This document shows positions 1-12,348 of a stretch of 64,000 nucleotides of DNA, in pieces. Location: the NCBI GenBank assembly GCA_025937785.1, contig JAICQQ010000018.1, forward strand, positions 3,412 through 67,411. Direction: 5' to 3'. The position numbers were made by a program, and so were the translations under genes. The notes below the pieces were generated by a model that saw nothing but the letters and a program-made list of their open reading frames with translations, did no database searches and was not told where the DNA came from. Each line of letters begins with the position of its first letter. Positions within the stretch are counted from its first letter, which is position 1. The DNA comes from Polyangiaceae bacterium. Its GTDB lineage: Bacteria > Myxococcota_A > Polyangia > Polyangiales > Polyangiaceae.

Positions 1-1
1 G

Positions 2-1234
2 CCGCCGATTCATCCCATCGGCGAGACGCACCGGAAGGGTAAGAACAACGCGCGCGACGGCGAGCCCGGCGACGTCGGCAGCCCTTGGGCCATCGGCGGC
101 AAGGCGGGTGGGCACACCGCCATCCACCCCGATCTCGGCACGCTCGAAGACTTCCGGCGCCTCTGCAAACGCGCCGAGGACCTCGGTATGGAGATCGCGC
201 TCGACTTCGCCTTGCAGTGCTCGCCCGACCACCCGTGGGTGAAGCAGCACCCGGATTGGTTTCACGTCCGGGTGGACGGGACCATCCGCTACGCGGAGAA
301 TCCACCGAAAAAATACGAAGACATCTATCCGCTCAACTTCTGGTGTGCCGACCGTCAGCGTATGTGGGAAGCGTGTCGCGACGCGATTCTGTTCTGGGTG
401 AGCCACGGCGTGAAGACGTTTCGCGTCGATAACCCCCACACCAAGCCGCTCGCATTCTGGAAATGGGCGATCGCGGACGTGCGCAAGAAGCACCCGGACG
501 TGGTGTTCTTGGCTGAAGCCTTCACGCGCCCGAAGCGCATGAAGGCGCTGGCCAAGCTGGGCTTCGGCCAGAGCTACACCTACTTCACGTGGAAGAACAC
601 GAAGGCGGAGCTGACCGACTACGTGCGCGAACTCGCGGGCGAGATGAGCGAGTATTACCGGCCGAACTTTTTCGCGAACACTCCGGACATTTTGCACGAG
701 TTCTTGCAAAAGGGCGGGCGCCCCGCGTTTCGCTTGCGTTTGGTGCTCGCGGCGACCTTGGCGCCGGTTTATGGCATCTACAGCGGCTACGAGCTGTGCG
801 AGAACGTGCCCGTGCGCGAGGGCAGCGAAGAGTACCTCGACTCGGAAAAGTACCAGATCCGCGTGCGTGATTGGCGGGCGGCCGGGAACATTCGCGATGA
901 TGTGGCGCGCATCAACCGCATTCGCCGTGAAAACCCGGCGCTGCAGCTGCTCAGCAACGTCGAATTCTTGCCCACCGATTCGGAGTACGTGATCGCATAT
1001 CGGCGCTGGCTCGCCGATAACGAACTCATCATTGTTGTCAATCTCGATCCGTCGAACACGCGCGAGACCATGATCGAGGTGCCGCTCGCCCGCATGGGAT
1101 TGGATCCAATACAGACGTTCGAGGTGACTGATTTGTTGGTAGGAATCAGCTACACCTGGCGTGGTGCCCGGAACTACGTACGGCTCGACCCCAACGAGAA
1201 GGTGGCACACGTGTTCCGTGTTTCGCGCGCGTGA
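2..1234 (+). CDS. glgE: alpha-1,4-glucan:maltose-1-phosphate maltosyltransferase GlgE, C-terminal ~410 aa (5' end outside window)
   Basis: Frame 2 is open from the window edge (PPIHPIGETHRKGKNNARDG...). Hallmark GlgE/GH13_3 motifs are present: FRVDNPHTKP, VFLAEAFTRP, YTYFTWKNT, PNFFANTPDIL. It is followed by glgX and glgB. Confidence 0.9.
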   Translation, partial: PPIHPIGETHRKGKNNARDGEPGDVGSPWAIGGKAGGHTAIHPDLGTLEDFRRLCKRAEDLGMEIALDFALQCSPDHPWVKQHPDWFHVRVDGTIRYAENPPKKYEDIYPLNFWCADRQRMWEACRDAILFWVSHGVKTFRVDNPHTKPLAFWKWAIADVRKKHPDVVFLAEAFTRPKRMKALAKLGFGQSYTYFTWKNTKAELTDYVRELAGEMSEYYRPNFFANTPDILHEFLQKGGRPAFRLRLVLAATLAPVYGIYSGYELCENVPVREGSEEYLDSEKYQIRVRDWRAAGNIRDDVARINRIRRENPALQLLSNVEFLPTDSEYVIAYRRWLADNELIIVVNLDPSNTRETMIEVPLARMGLDPIQTFEVTDLLVGISYTWRGARNYVRLDPNEKVAHVFRVSRA

Positions 1235-1300
1235 CGGCGCTCGCTAGGGTATTTTACGCGGATTTGACTAGGCAAAAGACCTTAGGCTGCTGACACACAC

Positions 1301-3414
1301 ATGCGAATTTGGCCTGGAACAGCGCACGACCTGGGAGCCACGTGGGACGGCGAAGGCGTAAACTTCGCCATCTTCTCGGATCATGCCACGGCGGTGGACC
1401 TGTGCTTGTTCGACGCTCCCCGGGCGCCCAAAGAGTTTCTACGGGTTCCGATGCGCGAGCGCACGAATCGCGTATGGCATTGCTACTTGCCCGATGTCAG
1501 GCCCGGTCAGCTCTATGGCTATCGGGTGCACGGTCCTTATTCGCCGAGTCACGGTCATCGCTTCAACCCCCACAAGCTGCTGATCGATCCGTACGCGAAG
1601 GCGATCGCGGGGCACGTACTCGATTGGGCCGATCAGGTCTCCGGCTACGAAGTGGGGCACCCGAGTGCCGACTTGAGCTACAGCGATCAGGACAGCGCGC
1701 CGCTCGTGCCGAAATGCGTGGTCGTCGACACCGCATTTACCTGGGGCGACGACCGTCCGCCGCAGGTTCCGTGGAGCCATACCCTGATCTACGAGGCGCA
1801 CGTCAAGGGCATGACCATGCTGCACCCCGACGTGCCCAGGCACTTGCGGGGCACGTACCTAGGCTTGGCATCCGACGCGATCATCGATCATTTGCTGTCG
1901 CTCAGCGTCACCGCCATCGAACTGCTGCCCGTTCAGCATTTCGAGTCCGAGCGCCGGCTTGCCGACCTGAATCTGACGAACTACTGGGGCTACAACACGA
2001 TCGGCTTCTTCGCCCCCGATCCTCGCTACTCGAGCGGGTCGCGCGGCGAACAGGTGAACGAGTTCAAGACGATGGTGAAAGCGTTCCATCGTGTGGGCAT
2101 CGAGGTCATTCTGGATGTGGTATACAACCACACGGGCGAGGGGAATCACCTGGGGCCGACCCTGTGTCTGCGTGGGGCTGACAATGCATCGTATTACCGG
2201 CTGGTGGAGCACGACCGGCGCTACTATCAAGACTTCACGGGCTGCGGGAACAGCATCAACGTGTTGCATCCTCGATCGCTGCAGCTCGTGCTCGACAGCC
2301 TACGTTACTGGGTCAGGGAGATGCACGTCGACGGCTTCCGTTTCGACTTGGCACCCACGCTCGCGCGCGACCCTTACGAGTTCGACGGGTTCGCTCGTTT
2401 CTTCGCCACTGTGCAGCAGGATCCGGTGCTGCGCAGCGTGAAGCTCATCGCCGAACCTTGGGACGTCGGGCCCGGTGGCTACCGCCTGGGCGGCTTTCCA
2501 CCGGGGTGGGCGGAGTGGAACGGCCGCTACCGCGATTGTGTGCGGCGCTTCTGGCGCACCGACGAAGGGCAGGTCCCCGAGCTGGCTTCGAGGTTGTCGG
2601 GCTCGAGCGACATCTTCAACTCGAACGACCGCGGACCGCACGCCAGCGTCAACTTCGTCGCCTGCCACGATGGCTTCAGCCTGGCCGACCTGGTCAGCTA
2701 CGAAGAGAAGCACAATCGCGACAACGGCGAAGACAATCGCGACGGTGCCAACGACAATTACAGCAAGAACTGGGGCCACGAAGGCGAAACGAACGCAGGC
2801 TGGGTGCTCAGGCTCAGAGACCGCATGCGCAAGAACTTTTTGGCCACGCTTGCGTTCTCACAGGGCGTCCCCATGATCTCTCACGGCGACGAACTCGCGC
2901 GGACCCAGCACGGCAACAACAACGCTTATTGTCAAGACAGTACGCTGAGCTGGGTCAATTGGGAAATGGACCAAGCTCAGAAAGAACTCCTCGACTTCAC
3001 ACGTGAGGTCTTCCGCATCCGACAGACGAACCCCGTGTTCCGGCGGCGCAGGTTTTTCGCGGGGGATCACGTCAAAGACGTCGGAGTCAAAGATGTGTCC
3101 TGGCTCAGGCCCGACGGGCAAGAAATGGCCGACCAGGACTGGTCCGACACGCGCAACAAGGTGCTGGCGATGATGATCCACGGCAATGCTTCGGACGACG
3201 TCGACGAACGCGGTCGCCCGAATTTGGGGAAAACCCTGCTACTTCTGCTCAACTCGAGCCACCGCGCTCGCCATTTTCAGCTGCCTGACGTGCGCGAACG
3301 CGGATTCTGGCACGAAATCGTCAACACGGCGCAGTCGACCCACCGCATCCCCAAGGGCAACGCTCTGAACGTTGCCCCCCACTCGTTGGTCCTGCTCTGC
3401 TATGAGGGCGCTCG

Positions 3415-3418
<4 letters not shown>
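1301..3418 (+). CDS. glgX: glycogen debranching enzyme GlgX (GH13)
   Basis: 705 aa. N-terminal CBM48-like segment (GATWDGEGVNFAIFS) and GH13 conserved regions VILDVVYNHT, DGFRFDLA, LIAEPWD, FVACHDGF. Confidence 0.92.
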
Positions 3419-5637
<2,219 letters not shown>

Positions 5638-5678
5638 CGCCGGCTACCGCCTTGCGAATTTGCTCAAAGCTCGCGTGC

Positions 5679-6641
5679 CTACAACTCGGCGATCTTGATC
5701 GAGGCTACGAAGTCGCCGTGGTTGTTGTCGGGATCGGTGTCGTTGACGAAGAAGGCGAGGCAACCGGCTTCGGTCGCGTCGATCGTGGTTCCGGACTTGG
5801 CGACGGAGACTTGGCCGAAGGCTTTGAAGGCGAGGGCGCCGTGGTTGACCCAGGACAGGCCGTCGTAACGATAGGATCGCCATTTGCCGGCGACGCCGGC
5901 CGGGCCGTATCTGTGGTGGTCGAAGCTGCCGAAGCTGACGCCGCCCCGCACGGACTCGATGGTGGCGCGTTGGCCGGGTAGGAGCATGACGCCTGCGCCG
6001 TGGGGGCCCGCGCACATCTGATCGTCGGACGGCGGAGAGGCGCGGCCGTCGATGTGGACGTCGACGGACCGCTCGCCGCGCGGCAGCTTGGTGACCTCGA
6101 AGGCCACTTCCCCTTCGCCCTGAGCCAGGCTGACGTACTTGTCGGCGAGCAACTCGCAGACATGCACGCGCGCGTAGCCGATGGTGCCGTGGCGGTCGCG
6201 GACGTCGACGCGCACGGCGGGATCGGCCAGCGGGTCGTCGCTCGTGGCCAGCACGAACTCGTCGGTGAAGCCCCCTCGCGTTTCGTCCCACGAGCGCATG
6301 CTGGTGAGCTGCTGCTTGTTGCTTTGGTAGATGCCGAGGCGCGCGTTGGGCCGGTGCGAGACCGGGAAGCTCAGGCTCAGGCCGAACGCGCCGATGCCGA
6401 TGTTCTTCCGCTTGCGCTCCTTGAGCAGCACGTTGGTGGCGCGTAGCGCGTAGTGAGCCTCTGGCTCGACCTTGTCACAGGCGAGTTCGATGCGCTCCGC
6501 CTCGAACTCGTTCTTGGCGGTTTCGGGGATGACGCGCGGACCGCAGCCCGCGAGCGAAATCGCGGAGGCCAGTGTAGTTGTCGCCACCACCACGCTCGCC
6601 ATCCGCCGAGCGCGTCGGAACTCGTGCCGAACGTTGCCCAT
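5679..6641 (-). CDS. lipoprotein with C-terminal PA-IL/LecA-like lectin-type domain (hypothetical)
   Basis: Signal peptide plus lipobox (MASVVVATTTLASAISLAGC). The last ~110 aa (GQRATIESV..YGPAGV..HGALAFKAFG..CLAFFVNDTDPDNNHGDFVASIKI) resemble the LecA pattern (..[21 protein letters not shown]) as I recall it. The start may be M14 (6602). Confidence 0.55.
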   Translation of the reverse strand: MGNVRHEFRRARRMASVVVATTTLASAISLAGCGPRVIPETAKNEFEAERIELACDKVEPEAHYALRATNVLLKERKRKNIGIGAFGLSLSFPVSHRPNARLGIYQSNKQQLTSMRSWDETRGGFTDEFVLATSDDPLADPAVRVDVRDRHGTIGYARVHVCELLADKYVSLAQGEGEVAFEVTKLPRGERSVDVHIDGRASPPSDDQMCAGPHGAGVMLLPGQRATIESVRGGVSFGSFDHHRYGPAGVAGKWRSYRYDGLSWVNHGALAFKAFGQVSVAKSGTTIDATEAGCLAFFVNDTDPDNNHGDFVASIKIAEL

Positions 6642-6714
6642 CTCGAAAGCATAGCTGACCGACCGCGCGTCGCCCAGCAGAGCGGGCTACGAGAGCTTTC
6701 GGGTGCTTGCGGGC

Positions 6715-8133
6715 TTACGCCACTGCTCGCGCGGGCTCAGCCGCAGGGGCTGGCTCGCTAGGCGGCCGCTCGGGTGCTGGCGCGAGCGGACGGCGCGGTG
6801 CCTTGCCGCGGCCCCAACGGCGACGGGCGAACATGCGCCGGTAGAACTGCACCGCGAGCACGATGAACACACAGTCGTAGGGCAGGCGATAGCGCGCCTC
6901 GCCGGTCGCGATGAACACACCCAACATCACACCGAACAGGACCGAGAGGATCGCGAACTCGATGGATCGGAAGAGGCCGACCACTCCGCTCGAACGGACG
7001 ATGTCGAACAAGAGCAAGCACGCGGGGTAGGCGGCGACCATCACGAAGATGTAGCTGACGGCCTGAGCGAACGGCCACTCTGGGGTCCAGATGGTGGGCC
7101 ACGGCGCGTTCGGTGTCATCAGGTCGAAGATGTGCTGCACGGACAGCACGAGCGCCTTGTCCGGCGCGCCGGTGACCCAATCCCAGGCCGTCTGGAAGTT
7201 CTGTTCGCTGTCGGTGATCGAGAACCAGACTTGCGGCACGTGCTCGTAGCCGTGCTGCTGCGAAGCGGGGCTGCCGAACTGAGAATCGGTCCACTTGAGC
7301 GAGTGGATGCGATCGTAGTGGCCGAGCAGGAAATCGGCTGCAGTCTTGTTCGACCCCAGGCAGAACTTGTTGCGGTTGGCGAGCGTGCAGCGTTGGCTGA
7401 TCAGGTAGATGCCCGGTACGGTTGCGGCGCACATGGTCGCCAAGGCCGCGCTCTTGACGCGCAAGCTCGGACCACGTGTGAGCAGCCAGTGCACTGCACA
7501 GAAGCCGAACACGGCGGGCGCTGCCACGGTCTTGAAGGCGATGGCCACGAACAACACGATGCCGGTGAGCGCCGCCCACGCGATCGTGGCGGGCAATGTC
7601 TTCGCTCGCACCGCGACCAGGTACAAGGCCATGATCAACGGAATCAAGAACATCATGTAGATTTCGGAGAGAAAGAAGCCGGCGTACTCGACGTAGTAGT
7701 AATAGCCGCTGCTGGCGGCGATCGACCACGCAGCGCTCTTCTGATCGAAGGCGACCCACGCCAAGAAGCCGACCGCGAGTGGAATCAGCGCCGCGATCAG
7801 CAGCTGAAACTGCATCAACGTGTAGAAGGATGAGTCTGCCAGATAGAACTGTGAGAACAGCCACGACGTCGCAGGCGGGTGCGTGACGTCGATAGGCACC
7901 ATCTTGTAACCTTCGTTGGAGATCCGCCGCGCAGTCGAGATGTACACGTGCATGTCGGAGTACACGGTCGACCTGGGGTCGTGGGTGTTGTAGACATGCA
8001 GGACACGCCAGACCACGCCAGCCACGTAGGCTGGCAGCGCGGCAATGAGGGGGAAGCGACCCAACAGCTGCAGGAACTTCTGCCAGCCCGAGGTCGACGC
8101 TGTCTCTGTGCTCACGCGCCCGTTGTCGAGCAA
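6715..8133 (-). CDS. polytopic inner-membrane protein, GT-C-like (ArnT/PMT-type glycosyltransferase-like), function uncertain
   Basis: 472 aa with at least 9 hydrophobic helices and non-biased composition. The two overlapping ORFs (6703..7833 +, 6758..8203 -) are Arg/Ala/Gly/Pro-rich shadows. The layout (early loop, central soluble loop, C-terminal TM bundle) is GT-C-like but unproven. Pro/Ala-rich C-terminal tail. Confidence 0.5.
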   Translation of the reverse strand: MLDNGRVSTETASTSGWQKFLQLLGRFPLIAALPAYVAGVVWRVLHVYNTHDPRSTVYSDMHVYISTARRISNEGYKMVPIDVTHPPATSWLFSQFYLADSSFYTLMQFQLLIAALIPLAVGFLAWVAFDQKSAAWSIAASSGYYYYVEYAGFFLSEIYMMFLIPLIMALYLVAVRAKTLPATIAWAALTGIVLFVAIAFKTVAAPAVFGFCAVHWLLTRGPSLRVKSAALATMCAATVPGIYLISQRCTLANRNKFCLGSNKTAADFLLGHYDRIHSLKWTDSQFGSPASQQHGYEHVPQVWFSITDSEQNFQTAWDWVTGAPDKALVLSVQHIFDLMTPNAPWPTIWTPEWPFAQAVSYIFVMVAAYPACLLLFDIVRSSGVVGLFRSIEFAILSVLFGVMLGVFIATGEARYRLPYDCVFIVLAVQFYRRMFARRRWGRGKAPRRPLAPAPERPPSEPAPAAEPARAVA

Positions 8134-8215
8134 TTTCGCGCGCTAGGCAAGTCCGAGCGATGGAAAAGCGCTCCCTGGCCCGGGCGAGCGCGGCGGCCTG
8201 CAAAACGACGTTGCG

Positions 8216-9217
8216 TTACGCGCGCCGGCGCCGCGCGAAGGCGACCAAGCCGAGTGCGAGTGCGCCCGCCCAACCCCATGTGGGACCTCGCGGTGCGACG
8301 CGCGCGGCGTCGCAGTTCACCGCCGGGTACTGCTTCGGGAGGGCGTCCTTGTACAGACGTCCCATCGTCTGGCGGTCCCCATCCGAGACGTCGCGCTTGT
8401 GAGTTTCACAGGCGCTGGTGCAGCTGTACATCGTCGCGGTCCGATCTTCGCGGTCTTCGCCCAGGCCGTAGAAATGACCGACTTCGTGCGTCATAACGTT
8501 CTGCAGGTCGTAGCGGTAGTCGCACACGCTGGCCTGACTGGTCCCGTCGCAGGAGGTGCTCGGAGCGCCGGGTATCGGCGAGTTCAGGTGCGAGTAGGCA
8601 TGTCGGGAGTTGATGATGATGTCGGCTTCGGTGATCTCGCCGGTCTCTTCGTCAGAGAAGCCGATCGTGATGGCGAGGTCGTCTTCGTGACCGGGGAACT
8701 CGATGGGAGCGTAAACGACTGCGTTCACTCCGTCGGGGTCGAGCCTGGGCTTCAAGCCTCGGCCGTGTTCGATATTGAGTTCGGGGAGGTTCGGGCTCGC
8801 CGACAGCCAGGCGCCAAACGCTTGCACGATGGCCTGCTCTGCCTCGGGCGTGATCGCGTGCACGGACTCGTCGATGACGACCTGCACGTCAGGCACCATC
8901 CAACGCTGGGACGTCGCCAGCCTGGCGTCGGTCTCCGCGTGCTCCGCCGCGGTCGGCCGGGACGAGTGCTCGATGGCCTGGGTTTCGCTGTCCAGGGTGT
9001 CGAAGGCCAGGGTCGAGCTGATACAGCCGAGGGCGGCCGAGAGGGTGACGATGGGCCAGCGGGGGGCCCGCCGCGAGCGCAGCGGTGGGGTCGCTGGGAG
9101 TGCGTGTCCTACACGTGTGACGCTCTCTTGCGGCGTGTCGTCGGCACTGAACGGTATGCTCCCCGGAGGCGGCCGACTTGGCGTCGGGTTCGGAGACTCG
9201 GGAGCAACGGGGTTCAC
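8216..9217 (-). CDS. secreted metzincin-like zinc metalloprotease with MYXO-CTERM-type tail
   Basis: HEVGHFYGLGED (HExxHxxGxxE) followed by a Met-turn candidate (TATMYS). N-terminal TM/signal segment (WPIVTLSAALGC). The C-terminus CDAARVAPRGPTWGWAGALALGLVAFARRRRA matches the MYXO-CTERM pattern. Confidence 0.75.
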   Translation of the reverse strand: MNPVAPESPNPTPSRPPPGSIPFSADDTPQESVTRVGHALPATPPLRSRRAPRWPIVTLSAALGCISSTLAFDTLDSETQAIEHSSRPTAAEHAETDARLATSQRWMVPDVQVVIDESVHAITPEAEQAIVQAFGAWLSASPNLPELNIEHGRGLKPRLDPDGVNAVVYAPIEFPGHEDDLAITIGFSDEETGEITEADIIINSRHAYSHLNSPIPGAPSTSCDGTSQASVCDYRYDLQNVMTHEVGHFYGLGEDREDRTATMYSCTSACETHKRDVSDGDRQTMGRLYKDALPKQYPAVNCDAARVAPRGPTWGWAGALALGLVAFARRRRA

Positions 9218-9445
9218 TCATCCATCAATACGGTTTCATAACGGCATGAATTAAGCGAAGCGCCGCCTTCGGCACGCATCGAAACGCTGCTGCGTTCGCG
9301 CGCTCCCGGCATCTATGCTTGGCCCTGACGAGCGACGCGTCGGCTTTCAGAATTGAAACGCGGTCGGGCGTTCGCGCCTTTCCGCATCCGGTGGCGACCC
9401 GGTGCGAACCCGAGGAAGCAGGCGCGAGTTTCCGCCGGTTTCGCG

Positions 9446-10879
9446 ATGGGGTATGACGGAGACATGAGCCTCCTCGAGCAGGTGCCCAATGTTTCGGCAC
9501 CGCTGGATCCTGACTTCAGGCCGGCAGCTCTGGGTCATCGCGCGTTTGCCCGACACGTCGCCGGCTACGGCGGCGAAACGGTGCTCGACGTTGCCCTCGA
9601 GCGGGACTTGGGCCAGGTGACCCGCGCCCGAGTCGCGTTATCGCCGACGGCGTCGGATACGGCGGTGAACCAGCGGTTCAGCGAGCGCTGGCTCAAGTTT
9701 CTGCTGTGGCAGTACGGCGCTTGGCGCGTTCAACTGTCGGGACCGGAGTCGGTGACCCGCTACCTGGAGCGGGCTTACGCCCGCGCCGGAATGCGCGAGT
9801 TCGACGCCGAGTTCATGGCTCAGGTGTACCGGCAGCCCCACTTCGAAGTGGTGACCCGGCGCGTCGACGAGCTGCCGGCACCGTCGGCGATCGAACGGCG
9901 GCTCGGGCGACACCTGGACGGGTGTCGCATCGGGTTCGACGCCGGGGGCAGCGATCGCAAGGTCGCGGCCGTCATCGACGGCCGGCAGGTCTTTGCGGCC
10001 GAGACCCCCTGGCAACCCAAACTCGAAGCGGATCCGAGCTACCACTACCAGGGCATCAAGGATTCGATCCGCCAGGCGCGCGCGCACCTGCCGCGCCTCG
10101 ACGGCATTGGTGTGAGCTCGGCGGGCATCTTCATCGACGACGAGACGCGCGTCGCGTCGTTGTTTCGGAAAGTGCCGCCAGATCTGTTCGAGGCACGCAT
10201 CCGGCGCGTCTACCTGGATGTTGCCGCAGAGCTGGGCGTGCCAGTGGCGGTCGCGAATGACGGCGACGTCGCGGCGCTCGCCGGTTCTATGGAACTCGAC
10301 GACGCACCCGTGCTGGGCCTCGCGCTGGGCACGAGTCTGGCCGCAGGCTACGTGAACGCGTCGGGAGCCATCAGTGGACAGCTGAACGAACTGGCGTTCG
10401 CCCCGCTCGACTATGCGGCGCGCGCGGTGCGCGACGAAGAGTGGTCGCGGGACCTCGGGGTCGGCGTCAACTACCTGTCGCAAGACGCCGCCATCCGTCT
10501 GGCAGCAACGGCCGGGATCGAGCTGCCACCCACCGCGACCCCAGCCGAAAGATTGGCCGAACTTCAGCGAAAACAAGCAGACGGAGACGAACGCGCCGGC
10601 GCCGTCTTCGACACCATTGGCGCTTACCTGGGCTACGCGGTGCTGTTGTACTCGGACTTCTACGCACTCAAGCACGTGCTCGTGATGGGTCGAGTGCTGT
10701 CGGGCAGTGGTGGTGAACGCATCGTGAAGATTGCCCGGCGTGTGTTGCAATTCGAAGCGCCCGAGCTCGCCCGGGAGATTACGCTGAGCCTCCCGGAAGA
10801 AGCCGCGAGGCGGGTGGGGCAGTCGGTGGCCGCCGCGAGCCTCGTCGCATTGAACCGAAGCGATCGCCATGATGTTTAG
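9446..10879 (+). CDS. ROK-family sugar kinase-like protein with ~170-aa N-terminal extension
   Basis: ROK/ASKHA motifs: IGFDAGGSDRKVA (phosphate-1), VAVANDGDVAALAG, LGLALGTSLAAGYV. The ORF opens at 9353; ATG 9446 or 9464 is the more likely start. Confidence 0.7.
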   Translation: MGYDGDMSLLEQVPNVSAPLDPDFRPAALGHRAFARHVAGYGGETVLDVALERDLGQVTRARVALSPTASDTAVNQRFSERWLKFLLWQYGAWRVQLSGPESVTRYLERAYARAGMREFDAEFMAQVYRQPHFEVVTRRVDELPAPSAIERRLGRHLDGCRIGFDAGGSDRKVAAVIDGRQVFAAETPWQPKLEADPSYHYQGIKDSIRQARAHLPRLDGIGVSSAGIFIDDETRVASLFRKVPPDLFEARIRRVYLDVAAELGVPVAVANDGDVAALAGSMELDDAPVLGLALGTSLAAGYVNASGAISGQLNELAFAPLDYAARAVRDEEWSRDLGVGVNYLSQDAAIRLAATAGIELPPTATPAERLAELQRKQADGDERAGAVFDTIGAYLGYAVLLYSDFYALKHVLVMGRVLSGSGGERIVKIARRVLQFEAPELAREITLSLPEEAARRVGQSVAAASLVALNRSDRHDV

Positions 10880-11726
10880 CTGTTCCCAACCTACTGCAGA
10901 AACTTTCGTACCCGATCATACCGAGCTGATGGGTGCGCTGGCCCGCACTACACACCTGGGCATCGGTGCCCACCCGGACGATCTCGAGATCTTCGCGATC
11001 GAGGGCATCTTGGAGTGCTTTCAGCAGGACGACGCCTGGTTTTCCGGGGTCGTGGTCACCGATGGCGCCGGCAGCCCGCGCCACGGGCGCTACCGCGGCC
11101 ACACCGACGAGCGCATGCGGCAGGTCCGGCGGCGCGAGCAGAAGAAGGCTGCCGTGCTCGGTGACTATTCCGCGCAGGTGTTGCTCGATCACAGCAGCAA
11201 GGCGGTGAAAGTAGCCGACCGGGTCGTGGTCGAGGACCTGAAGCGAGTGCTCGAAGCCACCCAACCGAAGGTCGTGTATACGCACAGCCTGGCGGACAAA
11301 CACGACACGCACGTGGCGGTCGCGCTGCGAGTGGTGCAGGCGTTCCGCGAGCTTGCCACCGATCAACGCCCCGCGCGCGTGCTCGGTTGTGAAGTGTGGC
11401 GCGATCTCGATTGGCTTTCGGACGAGCACAAGGTGGAGATGAAGCTGAACGGTCAGGAGCACCTGCAGCAGGCGCTGCTCGGCGTCTTCGATTCGCAGAT
11501 AGCCGGCGGCAAACGCTATGATCGGGCAGCGCTTGGAAGGCGCCGCGCCCACGCGACCTTCGCGCAAACCCACGCCGTCGACGACGCCGGCGGGCGTGTT
11601 TACGCGATGGACCTCACGCCGCTCGTAGCGGACAAGCAGCTCGATCCCGCCCGCTACTGCGTCGAGTTGATCGACGGCTTTCGGGCCGAGGTCGAGCAGC
11701 GAATATCGCGGTTGGGGCAGCCGTAG
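10869..11726 (+). CDS. PIG-L/LmbE-family N-acetylglucosaminyl deacetylase
   Basis: GIGAHPDDLEIF (AHPDDxE) and a downstream HDTH motif. It overlaps the ROK gene stop by 11 nt, which suggests an operon. Confidence 0.8.
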   Translation: MMFSCSQPTAETFVPDHTELMGALARTTHLGIGAHPDDLEIFAIEGILECFQQDDAWFSGVVVTDGAGSPRHGRYRGHTDERMRQVRRREQKKAAVLGDYSAQVLLDHSSKAVKVADRVVVEDLKRVLEATQPKVVYTHSLADKHDTHVAVALRVVQAFRELATDQRPARVLGCEVWRDLDWLSDEHKVEMKLNGQEHLQQALLGVFDSQIAGGKRYDRAALGRRRAHATFAQTHAVDDAGGRVYAMDLTPLVADKQLDPARYCVELIDGFRAEVEQRISRLGQP

Positions 11727-11772
11727 CCGGCGCGCTTTGAGCCGGCTGCGAGGACCTGATATAGGAGCCTCG

Positions 11773-12348
11773 ATGTCGAACGCGGCTCGTCTAGCTGTTC
11801 TGATCGTGCTCGGTGGCGCCGCCGCCTGCGGCGCGAGAAACAACGCGCAACCCCTCAAGGACGGCAGCTGGGAGGTCAAGTGCGAGGATCAGGTCGATCG
11901 CTGTGTACGCGAAGCACAGCGCGTGTGCGGTGACGAGCCGTATCACGTGATCTCCGGCAGGAAAGAGGAGGAGGTCTACGGCGGCCAATCCGGCTATCAG
12001 ACGGGTGTCGAGGTGCACGTCCTCGAGTTCCGTTGTGGCTCCGATCCCGCCGTCTGGAAGCTCGAACGGAAGGACGAGCCGGCGCCCGACGAGCCCGAGC
12101 CCGAGGTGGCACCTCAGCCGCAGAAAACGCTATGCACGCCGGGTAGTACGCAGCGCTGTGTAGGTCCGGGCGCGTGTGACGGGGGCCAGAGCTGCAATGC
12201 CGAGGGTACGGGCTACTCGTCGTGCGATTGCGGCGCGCCAAGTCCGGAGGCCCCCGCCAGCTCTGCCGCGCCCGCCAGCTCTGCCGCGCCCGCCAGCTCT
12301 GCTGCGCCAGTCCCCGCGAGCTCCGTGCCGGCCCCGCCCGCTCCGTGA
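11773..12348 (+). CDS. lipoprotein, hypothetical (Cys-rich core, Ala/Ser/Pro repeat tail)
   Basis: AGGAG Shine-Dalgarno at 11763-11767 and ATG at 11773. Signal peptide plus lipobox (LIVLGGAAAC). The C-terminus carries 3 x APASSA encoded by an 18-bp tandem repeat. Confidence 0.6.
   Translation: MSNAARLAVLIVLGGAAACGARNNAQPLKDGSWEVKCEDQVDRCVREAQRVCGDEPYHVISGRKEEEVYGGQSGYQTGVEVHVLEFRCGSDPAVWKLERKDEPAPDEPEPEVAPQPQKTLCTPGSTQRCVGPGACDGGQSCNAEGTGYSSCDCGAPSPEAPASSAAPASSAAPASSAAPVPASSVPAPPAP
12253..12306 (+). repeat. 3 x 18-bp tandem repeat (cccgccagctctgccgcg) inside CDS, encoding APASSA x3
   Basis: Read directly. Copies 1 and 2 are identical; copy 3 has one change (gcc to gct). Confidence 0.9.

Noticed and set aside
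6758-8203. 481-aa ORF on the minus strand (and 6703..7833 on the plus strand) overlapping the membrane-protein gene
   Set aside because: Arg/Ala/Gly/Pro-dominated translation typical of out-of-frame shadow ORFs in high-GC DNA. The 6715..8133 frame gives coherent TM helices instead.
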